Below are positions 14,480 through 28,299 of a stretch of DNA of 64,000 bases, in pieces (positions within the stretch are counted from its first letter, which is position 1; each line of letters begins with the position of its first letter). The notes under the pieces are model-generated. The model was not told the DNA's origin, did no database searches, and was given only the letters and a program-made list of their open reading frames with translations. The translations under genes were made by a program, and so were the position numbers. Where the stretch lies: contig NC_087437.1 in the NCBI RefSeq assembly GCF_036321535.1, positions 72,728,001 to 72,792,000 of the forward strand, written 5' to 3'. The stretch is from Camelus dromedarius. Taxonomy: Eukaryota.

Positions 14480-15035
14480 TGTCAGGTGTCCCCAAGGCCA
14501 GCCCCAGGTGTGACAATTTGTTTGGAGGACTCTCAGAACTCAGCATATAGTTCTACCCACAGCTATGATTTCTTACAGTGAAATGATACAGAGCAAACTC
14601 AGAAAAGGAAAAACGCACATGAAGCAAAGTCCAGGGAAACGAGGCGCAAGCTTCTAAGAATCTTCTCCCAGTAGTCACACAGGTGGAGCTTATTTCCCTC
14701 AGCAAGGCGTTAGTTGTGCCAGCATGTGAGGAATGCCCACCAAGGAAGCTTGTTAGGAGACTTAGTGCCCAGGGTGTTTACTGGGAGCTGGTCACTTAGG
14801 TAGTCTCCGCCTGGCACCTGCCAAAGCTCCAGACTCACAGAAGGAAACATTTGTCCAGCACAAACCATATTGTTTGTACAGACAGTGTAGGCGCCGTGAA
14901 CCACTTTGACCAGTTCTGGGATTGTGGAGCACTCCTAAAATCCGAGTTCCCAGATGCCAGCCAAGGGGAAACCTGGTAAGTAGGTCTCTCTGAGGGTAAG
15001 TGGTCAGTTCTGCTATGTTAACTCTTTTCTGCACA
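14480..15035 (-). mobile_element. MER21-like solo LTR
   Basis: Reverse strand begins TGTGCAGAAAAGAGTTAACATAGCAG and ends ...CCTGACA (TG...CA), matching the remembered MER21 consensus. Confidence 0.8.
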
Positions 15036-15746
15036 GGAATTTTATCCCAACATTCTTCAATACCTATGAATGCTTCTTGAATTGTCCTTGGATCCAGGTT
15101 TACCATCTGCTTGCTCCCTTATTAATGAGTTAAAGAAATCTTTAACACATGCCCATTATATATAAATATATATATATATATGCATATGTAATGTGTTTGA
15201 TGTGTTGTCAACTGAAAGTTTTACTCTGACAGATGTAACCTAAGCAGGCTGAATAAAGTCCAGTCAAACTTAAAAGCCTAGAGACACAAACTCAATAATA
15301 TCAAGACTGATTACTACACAAGCTTATTTTAGGTATTAAAAAAAGCCTTTGTATTTCCATTTCATATTTTCTTACTATCTCTACATTTTAGAAAGCCCTC
15401 TGATTTAGATGGCAGTCACTTGGCTCTTTGCACTTAAAGCACATATTAATAAAAAAGGAATGTCCTGCAAGTAGGTAATAATATATAAAGATTAATTTCC
15501 TCTTTTGGAATGTGAAATCCAAATATGGGAATATTATATCATCACTTAAGATTAAGCTCCCTCATTTAACTGCATAACATATAAGCCAAAATTTAGAAAT
15601 GAAATATCTTTTATATTACTATAAAGTTTTGAGCCCTTAAAATAGAATAACCTTGATTTTAAGCTCAAATATAACATGCAGACTATATAAAATAATAGTT
15701 TTTTAAAAATTTATTATGCTTCAGACATTTCTCTCATCATTTCAGA

Positions 15747-15863
15747 TTTATTTCAATAAATTTTTTCCTATATTTTGTGAGCTGCATTTTAAAATCAGAA
15801 GTAATTTTACATATCTCTGTATACAATGATACCAAACATAAACAAAAAAAATCAAGCTTTATT
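15747..15863 (-). terminator. Candidate proximal ABHD10 polyadenylation signals
   Basis: Minus-strand AATAAA at 15863-15858 and 15752-15747; a further one at 14447-14442. Confidence 0.4.
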
Positions 15864-16189
15864 AGGAATTCTAACTAGAAGAGAACACAAGAGCTGGCAC
15901 AGTAAACATAAGCATTACAAGGTAAACATCTCTTGAATACAAAAATAGGACATACTTTAATGACAAAAAAAAATCAAAGATTGAAGGAAGGAGAAAATTT
16001 TCTAAGTAGCAGCTGTACTTTCTTCACAATTTGTATTACGTGTGCAAATACATCATTCCATAAATATCCACATGATATTTACAAAGTAGGGATAAGAGGA
16101 AAAACCTTCTACCCATCAGGGTCCTTCATCTATCATCCTTCTGCCAATCTTCTGGGTCCTTTAGTTTCCAAGCAACTAAAAATGTGATC

Positions 16190-16534
16190 CTAGTTAACTA
16201 CAGTTGAAAGCTTATCAATTAAGTCATCAATAGTGTAAACCAGAAGTTGAAGGTCCGCTTTTTCCTTCATTCGGTGATTGCTGTGTTTTCGGAGGATGAC
16301 GTCCACATCTGTGCTGACTATCCGGTCAGCAACCTGCACGGACGTTTGCCACGGAATGATGTCATCCTTCATGCCGTGGAGCAGCCTGACGGGGCAGCTC
16401 ACGGGAATAGGACTGTGCAACAAGCAGTGGTGCTCAGCTTCTTTAACGACACTGTACTGAACGCGATAAACTCCCTCCTCACTGTATTTTGATGGCATGG
16501 ACCACACGCCTTTCATCTCTATTTCCTTTTTTGT
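16190..16534 (-). CDS. ABHD10: ABHD10 exon 5 coding part (345 nt including stop)
   Basis: caatag|ACA; TKKEIEMKGVWSMP...LLHGMKDDIIP...HSNHRMKEK...LSTVVN-TAG; the five exons sum to 921 nt = 306 aa plus stop. Confidence 0.97.
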   Translation of the reverse strand, partial: TKKEIEMKGVWSMPSKYSEEGVYRVQYSVVKEAEHHCLLHSPIPVSCPVRLLHGMKDDIIPWQTSVQVADRIVSTDVDVILRKHSNHRMKEKADLQLLVYTIDDLIDKLSTVVN

Positions 16535-19521
16535 CTATTGGGGAAAATGAAGAAGATAAAAGTATTTATGCAACATTAACACATGCAATAGTCTTAAGCT
16601 AAGGAAAGCAGTTCTTCAAGAAGAAGAAAAGAGCTAACATGTAACAATGATCCTTATCAAAAATTAAATACTCTGTGCAAGGAACTGTGGTAAGTATTCT
16701 ACATGCAGTATCTCATAAGATCCTGATAATAATTCTGTTATTCATTTTTACAAAAGAGGATATTAAACAGAGTAGTTAAATGTTCCAAGTTAAAAGGCAA
16801 TAACTATTGTGGCTAGGATTCAAACTTAGATTTAACTAACTTTATCATGTAACATCTTCAATCAGGTGATGCTTCACCCCAACTGAAAAGGAAAATGAAG
16901 GGGAGCAAAGTACAATAATTCCTTGGAGTAAGTTCAGGTAGCATTCATATTACATAAAATCAAACCTTAGAAATAAAAATTGTTCAGATTTCAAAATCAT
17001 AAAACTAAAATTAGCCTACAGGAGAAGTTACTAAAATAGAGGATGTGGTGGGGGGAGGGGGAGAAGAATCAAGCACGAAACTAAAAATGAAAAATAAGAC
17101 AGTGGTTATTCTGGGGCAATTATACACACCCAATTTTAGGCTAAATGTAAAAAAAAAAAAAGGGTAGTTTTTGCCTTTCAGAGTCTTTTGGAATGAGAAA
17201 AAATTTGTTGTTTTGAATGACAAAAAAGTCTTCTAAATACTTTCTGAAAACGGAGCAATAATATCATTTCTGCTCTTAAAATGAAACACTGGGGATCCTT
17301 TTATTCTTGAAGAATTTCTACTCTTTATAATTTGTCTTAAATAATCTTTCTAGTTTAAGTAACATATACTCATTATAGAAAACATGAAAAATCTAAAAAG
17401 TATAAAAATAAATCATAATCCTATCTCATGTATATAATAACCACTAATATTCTGGTTTATTTCTTTCCATTATTTTTCTGTATGTGTTTGGTTTGGTTTT
17501 TATATATATAAAATATGCAAAATTCTTAGCTGTTACAATTTATATGTAGTTTTCAATGCTGCTTTATTTATTTAATACATATATATTTCTGGATTTTAAA
17601 GAATGCTATTAAAAGTTTTTAAAGACTGCATAATTGTCCACCATAATCCATCTAAGATAATTAATTTGACCATTCCCACACTGCTGAATACTTCCACAAA
17701 ATTCTTTGAACATAAAGGTTTATCTGTATATAATAAATTCTTTGGAAAGATGATCACAACTTGAACCAACAACTCAAAATGTAAACAGCTTTAAGCCTCT
17801 TGCAACCATATAATATGAGAGGCATTTCTGTCTAGAAAAACAGGTGGACAGCTTATCAAAAAGAAAGAAAAATATAAGGAAAGAAAAGCTACAAACAATG
17901 TATTTTTAAAATTTTGTATTTTAAATTTTTAATAAAAATATTATGATTTTTCCATGTTTAAAACTGTTGATTTATTAGAAATACATAAAAGGAAAAAAAG
18001 AACTTACATAGGAAAATAATATATGATATAATCTATATGTATTTAGGCATTTTAAAATATTTTATAAAATTACAGAAAGATCTGATTCAGTGAAAAAGAT
18101 GTATATCTGAAAGCTATACATCTAAATATCCATCTCCAAATGATTTAAAATAATTCAAAGCCTAAAAAACTATAAAATGTATGAACCTACATTAATATCA
18201 TGGGGTTCTCTGCATTAAAGCAACATGTGAACCAAATATTTAAAGCAAAAATGATGTTCAGTTATCCTCAAACTACTCAAGATTGTTCTTGAATTTGTAA
18301 TTTCAGTAATAGAACTTAGTTTCATTAGTTATTAGATGAAATGAGAACTATGTTAATTACTAAGACACAATAATAGTTGCATTTCAAGCGTCCTTGTCCC
18401 CAACCAGCTGTTACCTGCTATTGCATCAAATGAATACTGTCCATTTGAAGAACAAACTTAACTTTACAAAATCTTATATGTCCTAAAGCCGTAAAAACAG
18501 AAAGTTCAGAAATAGCAAAAACAGTATTGATCAAAGAAAATGTACAATATACATAAGTTGTACACCAAGGAGAAACTACCAAGGCAATATGGCTGTAAAG
18601 CTTGGATTCCAACAGCTGTGCCTCCTGTCTGACGCCCTCTAGTGTCCAAAGAAGGAGACAATGATCAGAGTCAGTTAAGAGGTAAGTCAAGCTCCTATAC
18701 AATGAGTAGTGCTGGGTCTTAACATTCTCAGGGCTAAAGAAGATGGTAAAAATCTCCACTTCTGTTCCCTTGCCTTTGTTAAGCTTTAGCTGTCTGTGTG
18801 AAGGAGAGAGTGATCCTAGAGTCCCTGCTCTTTCCTTCCATGTGCTTTCAAGTTAACAAGGGCTCAACATGTTCCTGTTAAGAACCTTTTGTTGGTCTGA
18901 TTTAGGATTAGCAAAGATATATCCTGATTTACAGGCTACAGATCTTCTCAGTCACTTAGGGGTATCTATCATAACTTCCCTCTGAGTGATATGGATACAC
19001 AGACATAAAAATAAATTTACACAGATCTTGTCATTTATCAATAACCCCCCAAAAATTGTTTACCCAGTTCTTTTCCAATCTGCCATGTTCTTGAAATAAT
19101 TTACTACCATGAGAAGCACTGTATTACTGAGTTAAAGAACAGAGTAAGGGGTACAAGTTTAGATGCAGAAAGATGCAATGTTAGCATCATGAGGAGACTG
19201 AATAACTATGCATGAGTGAGAAACAATCAAGAAAGTGAAAAGAAATTCAGAAATAAGAGATAAGTGCAAGAAAGACCAGATTTGTAATTTTATCTCTGAT
19301 ATGAAATCATATGAAGAACCTGACTATGCAGACAATGCCATTTCTTAAGGAGCTAGAAAGAACAATGCGAACTAATAATAAACTTAGAACAGATAGTATA
19401 TGGCCCTGGATTCAATGCAGAACTTGAGGCAAAAGTCAGTGACATGCTACTATTCAACACCACATATGCTTTCTTCTTTTTATTTCTTTTCCTCCTTCTC
19501 CTGCTCCTCCACTCTCTAGAG

Positions 19522-19692
19522 CAGTGGTTCTCAAACTTCACTTGGGGGCCTTTTTAAAACAGATCACTTGCTGGGTCATGCTCCTGGTTTGTGACTCACC
19601 AGGTCTCAACGAAGCTCAGGAACATGGATTTCTAGAGGTTCTCAGGTGATGCTGTCACTACTGGCCTGGGGACTACACTTTTTGAACCACTG
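19522..19692. mobile_element. MER5A-like hAT-Charlie MITE
   Basis: cagtggttctcaaac...caggtgatgctg...tttgaaccactg. Confidence 0.75.
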
Positions 19693-20538
19693 CTCTGGAC
19701 TGTTTTTCTTTCTTTACTTTCTGTCCCTCAGGCCTGCTAGGATCTTAGTCCCACAGGTGAAATTCAGATCCCTAGGAAAGAGATACCCAAGGAGGACTTA
19801 ATTGACTGCAAAATGAAAAAATAACAGACACGGAAATAAACAGTTGTTATTTACTATTTCTTTATCCTTGCAGACAACTTTAGTGCTTAAACATATGTCC
19901 AATAATAAAGTATAATAAACTAATCACCTTTCCAGTTATTTCAGAAACCTCATTTCTATCATGATTTGCTTAAGAACATGCTTATGATGAAAAGCACTTT
20001 TTTTGAAAGGTGAGAATTAAGGGTAGAAAAAGAATGCCAACTTAGTGTCTAAGCCAGAAATGACAAATCTCATCTCCTATATGTGACTGGATAGTGTATG
20101 CATGCAGAACTCTGCTGAGAGAGGATCTCAGGCTTTCAGGGTTAAAAAAAAAAGTTTCATAATTGATTAGCTAGTCTAACATGGTCAAAAGAAAAGGTAC
20201 TATTTCCAATGAGCCACAAAATAAGAGGTACAAAAAATGAGCCAAAGAAATAAATGTGATTAATAAAGAAATGCTGTTAAAACAAGGAATTTAAAGTGTA
20301 ATTTCATTAATGTGGCTCCAATATTTGGCAGAATGATTTGAAGGGACTGTGAAGAAAAAGAAACCTTAAACAAGAGATTAAATACTTAAAGGCGGTGAAG
20401 AGACCATACGTTAAAAGGCAGCTAACACAAAAGATGGGTCAACACAAGTCAAAGGACGGGTGCCACACAAACAAAATTTAAAGAAAGAGGGAGCAGAAGA
20501 GGGACAGGAGGGATACACCGAGGTTGCCTGGGACTCAC

Positions 20539-20676
20539 CTCAATAGGAAGCTGATTAAACTGTGTCACTAGGCTATCAACAGCTGCAGCTATGCCAATAA
20601 GAGCAACAACCTTCTGCGGCCGAGCGATTGCAGCATGAAGCATGAGCCATCCACCGAGGCTGGATCCAACCAGGAT
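20539..20676 (-). CDS. ABHD10: ABHD10 exon 4 (138 nt) with the GxSxG nucleophile elbow
   Basis: tttag|ATC...GAG|GTGAGT; ILVGSSLGGWLMLHAAIARPQKVVALIGIAAAVDSLVTQFNQLPIE. Confidence 0.97.
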
Positions 20677-21071
20677 CTAAAAATAAAAATACACACAGTT
20701 CTAAAGAGGAATTCTTCTCTTCTGTAGGGGTGTCAGTCATTTCATAGAATGTATATAGTTTTTCCCCTTATATCCACTGGCTCCCAGCCTTTTAATATTT
20801 GGCACAAAGTAAAATTAAAATCGTGATTACTTTTTGTTAATGTATTAGGTCTATAATAGAAAGCAAACTAGACAAATAAAATTTGTAAAATGAAAAGTAA
20901 AATGCTACTTACATTTTTTGAGAAAGTGAAAGTGGTAGACCTGATTTACTGATTTGATATTGAAATATAAAAAGTGATTGTTAAACATTTAAAATATTAA
21001 ATATTCATATCTAAAGAAACAGCTCAAATATCATTAGTTACAGTCAACAAGTATCGTAATTAAGAAGTTAC

Positions 21072-21183
21072 CTGTGGTCCTACAGCTAACTCATCAATTA
21101 CAGACAGAACATCTTTTCTCCATTTTCCCACTGTGCATTCTTCTAAGTTACCATCTGAATTTCCAATTCCTGAGTAATCAAAC
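21072..21183 (-). CDS. ABHD10: ABHD10 exon 3 (112 nt; absent from the ORF track)
   Basis: tttcaag|G TTT GAT TAC...[45 protein letters not shown]; phases fit both neighbours. Confidence 0.96.
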
Positions 21184-21329
21184 CTTGAAAAAGGGAAAAT
21201 ATTATCTATATTTAGATATCTATGTATTTGCTTCTCTCATTTTTATGGAAGATAGTACTTTAATCATTATGCCTAAAAAATATTACAGTGGTGAAGTCAG
21301 TATGTATTTCAGCAAATCCTATTAGCTTA

Positions 21330-22050
21330 ACCTTCAAATTATTTCCCACATCCACTCACTTTCTCACCTCCTGCACTGCTGCCAGCCTGGTCCAAGTCAC
21401 TATTCTCTCTCTCTTGACTAATGCAACAGTCTCCTAATAAATCTGTTTCCATTTTTTACCCTCATAGTCTACTACCCACATAGCTGTCAGTGATCCTTTT
21501 AAAACAAAAATCATGTCTGTGCAAATCCTCTGAAGGCTTTGTATAAATCTTTAAGTAAAATCCCAAGTCCTTACCATCCTCTAGCCCCTAACTACCTCTC
21601 TGATCTCATTTCTTACTGTTCTCTCCTTCCCTACTGTATCCTCACTTTCCTTCTTGAAGTTAATGGAATACATCACCCATGTTCTTGCCTCAGAAGTTTT
21701 ACAACAGCTTCTCCGTCCACATGGAATATACTACCTCCAGATATCCACCCATTGCTCTCTCGCTTCATTCAGGACTTTGGCTCCATCTCCAGAAGCCTCC
21801 TCTGGCCATTCAATCTAAGTTGTGCTTCTTTTGTCATCTTCTATTTCCTTACCCTGCTCTATTCTCTTCCTAGCAAATACTGCTACTTGACATTATATAT
21901 GATGTTTGATTATTCGTTCGTGGTTTGTCTCCCACACTAGAATGGAAGACCCACATGGGCACAGATTTTGCTCACCACTGCTTTCCCTGTGCCTAGATCA
22001 GTCCCCTGCACATTACAGTACTTGGTATATATTTACTGAGTTAATGGAAG
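21330..22050. mobile_element. L2 LINE relic
   Basis: Degenerate L2 motifs (ccactcactttctcacc, ctggtccaagtcacta, gtctcccacactagaatggaag); similar relics near 22600-23280, 48310-48650 and 61500-61900. Confidence 0.55.
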
Positions 22051-25000
22051 GAAAAGAGAAGTCCAGAATCAAGTTATCATCACTAGCCCGTCCACTTGGT
22101 TTTCTTCTCCTCCAACTTCCTAGTTCACTGGGCTCAAAGTCTGTCTGCTCTGTGAACTTTACCTCTCTTTCATGATCTCAATTCAATAAACCATGAAGCA
22201 TCACACCACGCCTGCAGATTGCCCTAAACCCCAGTCCCAATTCCTGGGTAAGCCCGTTCCTAACTGAGCCTTGGCATGCTCTTCCACCGCCTAAAAAAGC
22301 CTCTCTTCCTATTCAAACTCCTAGTCATCCTTTGAGTCATGTTACCGACTTTGAGGAATTTTCGTTGACATATAGGCTGTTTAGTACTAGTCACTTTCTT
22401 TTGTATGTACTAAATTAACACTTTTCATATTGTGTGTTGTAATCAAGTTTTAAATATTTGTCTCTCTCTGACTGGAGTATCAGTTCTTTAAGGGCAGACT
22501 GTCCTAATCAAATTTGTTTTTCCAGGGTACAGAACACTACCTGTCCTGCAGCATCCTCACTCACTCTCTCATTTCTTCTCACATTCATCCCTTTCTCTTC
22601 AATTTAGGAGGACCAGCATCTTGGTGCAGGTCTTTGTCACCTTAAACCCAGCCTATCACAGTGGCCTCCTTACTGTGTCTCTATGACTCTGTTCTCTCTC
22701 CAAATGGACCTACTTCATACCTGTCAGGCTTCTTCTGAAACATTATATTGATATGGCATTAACCTCAATGGCTCCTTATGACATACAAAAATTCAGAGCT
22801 TTAGACTTTTTTTTAGAACTTCATATTTTGATCATTTCAGATCTCGACCTTTTATCATTTCCTTTTATAAAATAGTGTTTTAGCCGAACTCATCAATTTG
22901 CTGTTCCTACAATAGACTGTTTTCTGTCTCTGTTTCATGCTTCATCCTTCACCTGGAATACCTTCTCCCATCATCTTCTCTCTGAGCTTAGTCCAAATGA
23001 GCTTTTGTTGGAAAGGCTTCCCAGATAAGTTGGAAAAAACTCTCTACCTAATGAAACTTCTGTAGAATTCACTTTTATTAGTCACAATCATTTTATTATG
23101 CCTGCTCTGTAAGACAGTTAATGTGTGTATATGTGCCCCATTGTTTCCATGAGATTGTAAAGGTCCTGGAGGGGAAATACCATTATTTAATTTTTGTCTC
23201 TGCGCTCTTCATAGTGGCTAGACATCATACTGGCCAAATCCTACGCACTAAGTATTCTAATACATACTAAATGAATAGAAGTAGAACGTAAAAGTAAAAA
23301 GAATTATTTTATTCAAATCTAAAGCTTTCCTTTTTTTCTGATATTTAAAGCCTAGTGAAAACTAATAAATTTTAGTGTTTTTTAGTGGATATGTAAAAAT
23401 ACATGTGATATATAGTGTATACATATTTTCTCAGAGATAAGGAATTTATAAGCAATAGAGAAAGAAACTAAAATTTTCTTTAGGTATGAAGTGAAAAGGT
23501 TTTGGATCCTTGGGAAATAGTGTAATAAAGCAACTGCCAAAGTCTAAATTACAGTTATTATTTATCCTCAATCCAGGAGATACAGAGATAAGAGGGGAGA
23601 AAGACTCTGATTCTCCTTTAACCCCCGCAGTGGGCAATTGGACATCACTAGTTGCTGCACTGTCTACAGCTGCCTTCCAAATACATGGTAAAGATGCAAA
23701 ACATACGGACAGAGCCCTCAAAAAGGAAAATATAAGCATTCAGTGACACTAATAGGTTACCAGTAAAAAATACAGTTCATTCTTGCTGAACCCTAACCAA
23801 CAGACAAAGATAACTCAAAAATATTTATCAGTTTAAAACCTTTAAACACAATAACACAATTCTGTCCTAGCAGCCTCAATACTCTGCGACCTATTCAGAA
23901 ATCTAGAATTTAAAATTCTGTTAGAAATAATCATGAGACAATACCAGTCTTAAACCATGTGTCATATTCCTGAGCTCTGACTCAATCTTATTGTAGGCAT
24001 GGTGACAGGACGTTAAGAAACCATTTCATATAGTCATACGTACTATTTCTTGTATATTTCCTCCTCCAGGATCTAAATTTCATGCCTCAAATCACAACAA
24101 AAGTAAACTGAGAAACTGGGAGTATAAATAAAAGATAAAATCTCTTAAAAACAAGCTAAAATGCAATCAATAGTTAATAGTGGTTATACTGCATTAAAGT
24201 TTGATAAAAGCAAATAAAAAGGCACTTGAACAAATTAAAAAATTATAATGAAGGGCTATACTTGAAAAAGGTTAATAAAGTTACGCTTAAGCTACATTTT
24301 AATGTAGTATCACTTAATATGTCTGTATACCTTTTGATTTCATCATGACTACTTAAAATACCTTTTAAAAGAAAATATATTTCATAGGCATCCAAAATGC
24401 AGAAAACCTCCCCTACATGTTTTGTAGGGAGACAGAAACTGGTTATTGCTCTTACAGCTTCAATTTATGTTCAAGAACTGATAAAATGGTGATTTCTTGA
24501 TTCAAATTCTTTTGGGGACACACAATAAGAATGATGGCCATTTTTCTGATACTACCCTGTTTTGCTCAGGGTAGTCCCCCTTCCTGAAGAGCTCTTCCTT
24601 CTGACCCAAATCCTAGTTTTCAGTGTTCCTTTATAAAGTTCAGTCTATCCATTTCAATCCCCAGTTTTCTCTCACCTTATAAAGTATCCTGCTCTTGACA
24701 CAATCATATTCTGATGAACACTTTTGCCTGATTTCCCATATGTATTTTATCTTGTGTTCCTCAACCCTGATTAAAAGATCCTTAAGGGCAATGACCGTGT
24801 TTTATAATTCTTTGCATATTTCACAGCACCAGTATAGTGCTAAAAAGTCTACTTGCAAAAGATACTCCAGTCTTCAGAGTAACACTTGGGTCACAACAAA
24901 TTTTTATGAGTTCTGAGCATGAAAATGAAATAATTCAGTTAATTTGATAAAAGGAGTAAGACTAAATCCATATAATTGACATAATTTCTGTTAACACATT

Positions 25001-25937
25001 AAATAGATAAAAGTCTTATTTTTAAGTCTAAAAGTTTTAATTTTTATTTCTAATTACTTATAATTTTATTTCTAAAAGCTGTATTTTCTAGACCTATTGA
25101 ATGAATGTTACTGAAACCCTTCTAAAAACTAGCTGAATAGATTTTTAGGCTGTTAGTGCTAGAAAAGAATTCAGAAATTATCTTTAGCCCTCCTCCTTTT
25201 TTATGAAGAAAACAGGTCCGACATTTATTAACTGACTTATCTTGTCACACTTTTTGCTAGAATTAATTCTAGAGCCCATGTTTCTTGAATTCCAGGCCAG
25301 TGCTCTTTTTTACTAAACCATACTATCTCTTCTGGCAAATTAGGCACTAAATAAATGATAACAACATAAACAGGTTATTTTACTAAAATCATCATCAATA
25401 ATAAAGATTAGGGAATACGAAATCAAGTTGTAATTAAGCAATACATATCCTTATTTATGCTTATACATACTCAGACTACAGAAGTGAGAGGAAAGAGGAA
25501 ACTCAGTGGAAACATGAATTGTACAATACTAATTTCACAATGCTTTTAAAGCACATACATTATTCTAAACTACGTATTTTAAAAGTAAGGAAGTAAACAA
25601 TGGTCAAATAAAAGTCCTTAAATCCTCAAAGGAAAACCCACAATATAATTATTGAAAGAAAGCCAACCTGTACACTGGTTTGTTGTCATGCTGGAATACT
25701 GTTTTTAAGGAGCTTAATTACCACTAGTTTCCTTTTCTGCCAGCATTGTCAGTGTGGCACAAAGACTTTTAAAAATCATCTTTCAAAGACTGCATTTTAC
25801 AAAAGATTAAAGTTTACAGACCATTAAAATAAATTAATCTATAAAAATGCTGCCATTTGTTTCAATTGCTTAGAGCAGAATTTTCTACTGCCATGCTAAA
25901 TAGTAGTAATATTTTCTCCAAAATGTGTTGTTCCTAC

Positions 25938-26121
25938 CTTATATAGGCGTGACCTAGAGATTTGCAAAATTCCTCAATCGCCAATGCTTTTGTACCATTC
26001 ATATTAGAAATATAGCCAGGGATGAAGATAATTCCTGGACTTTTGCCTTTTAGCCTCTTATAAGCCAGGTTTGGAAGGTCTGGTCGACTAAGGAAAGAGA
26101 CTGATGACTTTTGTCTGCAAG
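25938..26121 (-). CDS. ABHD10: ABHD10 exon 2 (184 nt)
   Basis: tttag|CT...AG|GTAGG; ACRQKSSVSFLSRPDLPNLAYKRLKGKSPGIIFIPGYISNMNGTKALAIEEFCKSLGHAYIR. Confidence 0.96.
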
Positions 26122-26729
26122 CTAAACAAAGTACACAAAACATAACTATAGTTTGCAAATACAGTTTTTGGAAAACCATACATATTTTCAAACTTTAACT
26201 CATCAAACTGATGTCAGATACTATTTCCATCTAATAGAAAAAATAAATACAGACTTGAAGTATTAAAATCTTAAGTCTGTACATGATACATTTAAAAATC
26301 ATGTCAAAATCAGTACCTTTTTAGAGCAAGGTCCAGTCTTGATGCTTCTAAAATACACAATGAGGAGGAAATTTCAAGGCAACAAAAGAGAGATTAGGGC
26401 AAAAATGTCTTCCTGTTGCTATTACATTGTGTCTTAAATATTATCGATCAACATTCAGATTTACCTGCACTAGTTTTAGCCCTCTCTTGAGATTTTTGTC
26501 TTCTTTTAACTTTTTTTAATGTTTGAGGAGTTTCACATCCTCTACTTTTTGGTGGGGAGGGGGAGAAACAAGTTGGGTCTGCCCTTGGGAAAGTGCTTCA
26601 AGGGATGTGCTGTGCCCCTTTTATTGCTCCCTCTCCACCCATAAAATCATGGGCCATGGTCGTAGCTAATCATGCTTCTGTATCCACTGAAGTGGGTTCA
26701 GTGAGCAATTTCTTTACAAGTAAACTTGT

Positions 26730-26870
26730 TCTCTTTATTCTAAGGGTTTTTGTTTGTTTTGGGGGGGCAGTTAGGTTTGTTTGTTTTTGTTTATTTAACG
26801 GAGGTACTGGGGAACCCAGAACCTCATGCAATGCTAAGTACGGACTCTATCACTGAGCTATACCCGCCCC
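26730..26870 (-). mobile_element. tRNA-derived SINE (Vic-1-like)
   Basis: Same head sequence; TSD tctttacaagtaaacttgt (26711-26729) / tcttcacaagtaaccttgt (26871-26889). Confidence 0.85.
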
Positions 26871-28299
26871 TCTTCACAAGTAACCTTGTATAAATATATG
26901 ATTGTCTCATTTTTGGAAAAACTGTTCTACTTATTGCTTTGGTTTTTGTGAATGGTGCACACAAATCTTAGTGCAATTTAAGTACAAAGGCACAAATGGT
27001 AAACCTTAACAAGGATATTTCATTTCATTGTTTTAAAAGCTCTTTCCCTACCATAAAATCAATACTTGCTCTTAAAAAAAGTAGAAAGATATTTAAAAAA
27101 ACAAAGTCATTTATAATCCCACCCTCCTCCCTCCAAAGAAATTAGATTTGTGTATTCCCTTAAAGTCTTTTTTTGGACCAATGAAACCTCTTCTTTGTAT
27201 TACATGAAACTTTTCTCCACTTTATTGTGGCAAATGAGAACTTCTCAGTCTCCTCCATGTGAGCCGATGAAGTTTTCCTTGTTTTGGATTTAAGAAGTTG
27301 ATTTAAAAAAAAAAAAAACTGAATTGAAGGCCTTAAAGCTACCTCCCTTCTACATGTAAGCCTGTTTGAGAGTTTCAATGTATAGTGAAATATGCCAAAT
27401 TTAAACCTTTTAGTGAAAAACAATGCTAGTAGAAGCCAGTTATGTTGGTTGGCAGGCTGTAGCAGCAAACATGTTCATTTTCCATTTCCTTAACTCAGCA
27501 CTCAAAAACTCCTACCTATCCTCTTCTCCACATTACTTCCCAAGAATTTCTCCATGAACCAATTATAATTTATTTAATCTTGGTGAATTATAAGTGGTCA
27601 GGTTCTCAGCACTATATTCATAAATGATCTTTGTACTGTAAGGATTAGCTTAAAGCCTGGGGCTTAAGTGCTCAATAAATGATTACTAAATAGATGAAAG
27701 AGTATCATACTCTTATTAATGAACTGACATAGTACACTTTGCTAGAGGAACAGATACATAATAGCCTTTTGGTTGTGTACAATTAAATGTAAGTTAAACG
27801 GATTATGTTTAAAATTTTTAACTCAAAACAAAGGGTATTTGCTATGACAATTCCCATTCCAAGTACCATGCATATGACAGCTGTGTGGCAAGGGTGTGAA
27901 CACAACAAAACCAAAAAATAAAAAGACACATTTCAGAAAGACGGACTGTTTATGCGGGGGTTGGGAGTAGAGGTGGGGTTAGACGCAGAAGAATCAAACA
28001 CAAGATAAAAGAAATATTCAGGTGCTCTAATTTTTGGTCCAAATTCTAATTTCCTTTGTAGTGTAATGATTATGCTTTTTACTGGGCTGGGATAATCGGG
28101 AAAAAAACCCCCAAAACCCTAGAAATTAGGATTGATAACAGCGTCTACACCTTTACAAAGAAAATGTTCATACTGTAAAATCCCTCAAGCGGGGGCAGTA
28201 GTCAAGATCTATACGCCCCTTAAAACCTGCAGAAAGAAAAAAAAAAAGCAACTAACAGTCCAACGCATTAAATACGCATCTAATTTTCCTTCTGTTGGC

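Noticed and set aside
16247..16492. Plus-strand ORFs opposite ABHD10 exon 5 (also near 21074, 28477 and 49697)
   Set aside because: Antisense shadows of real coding exons.
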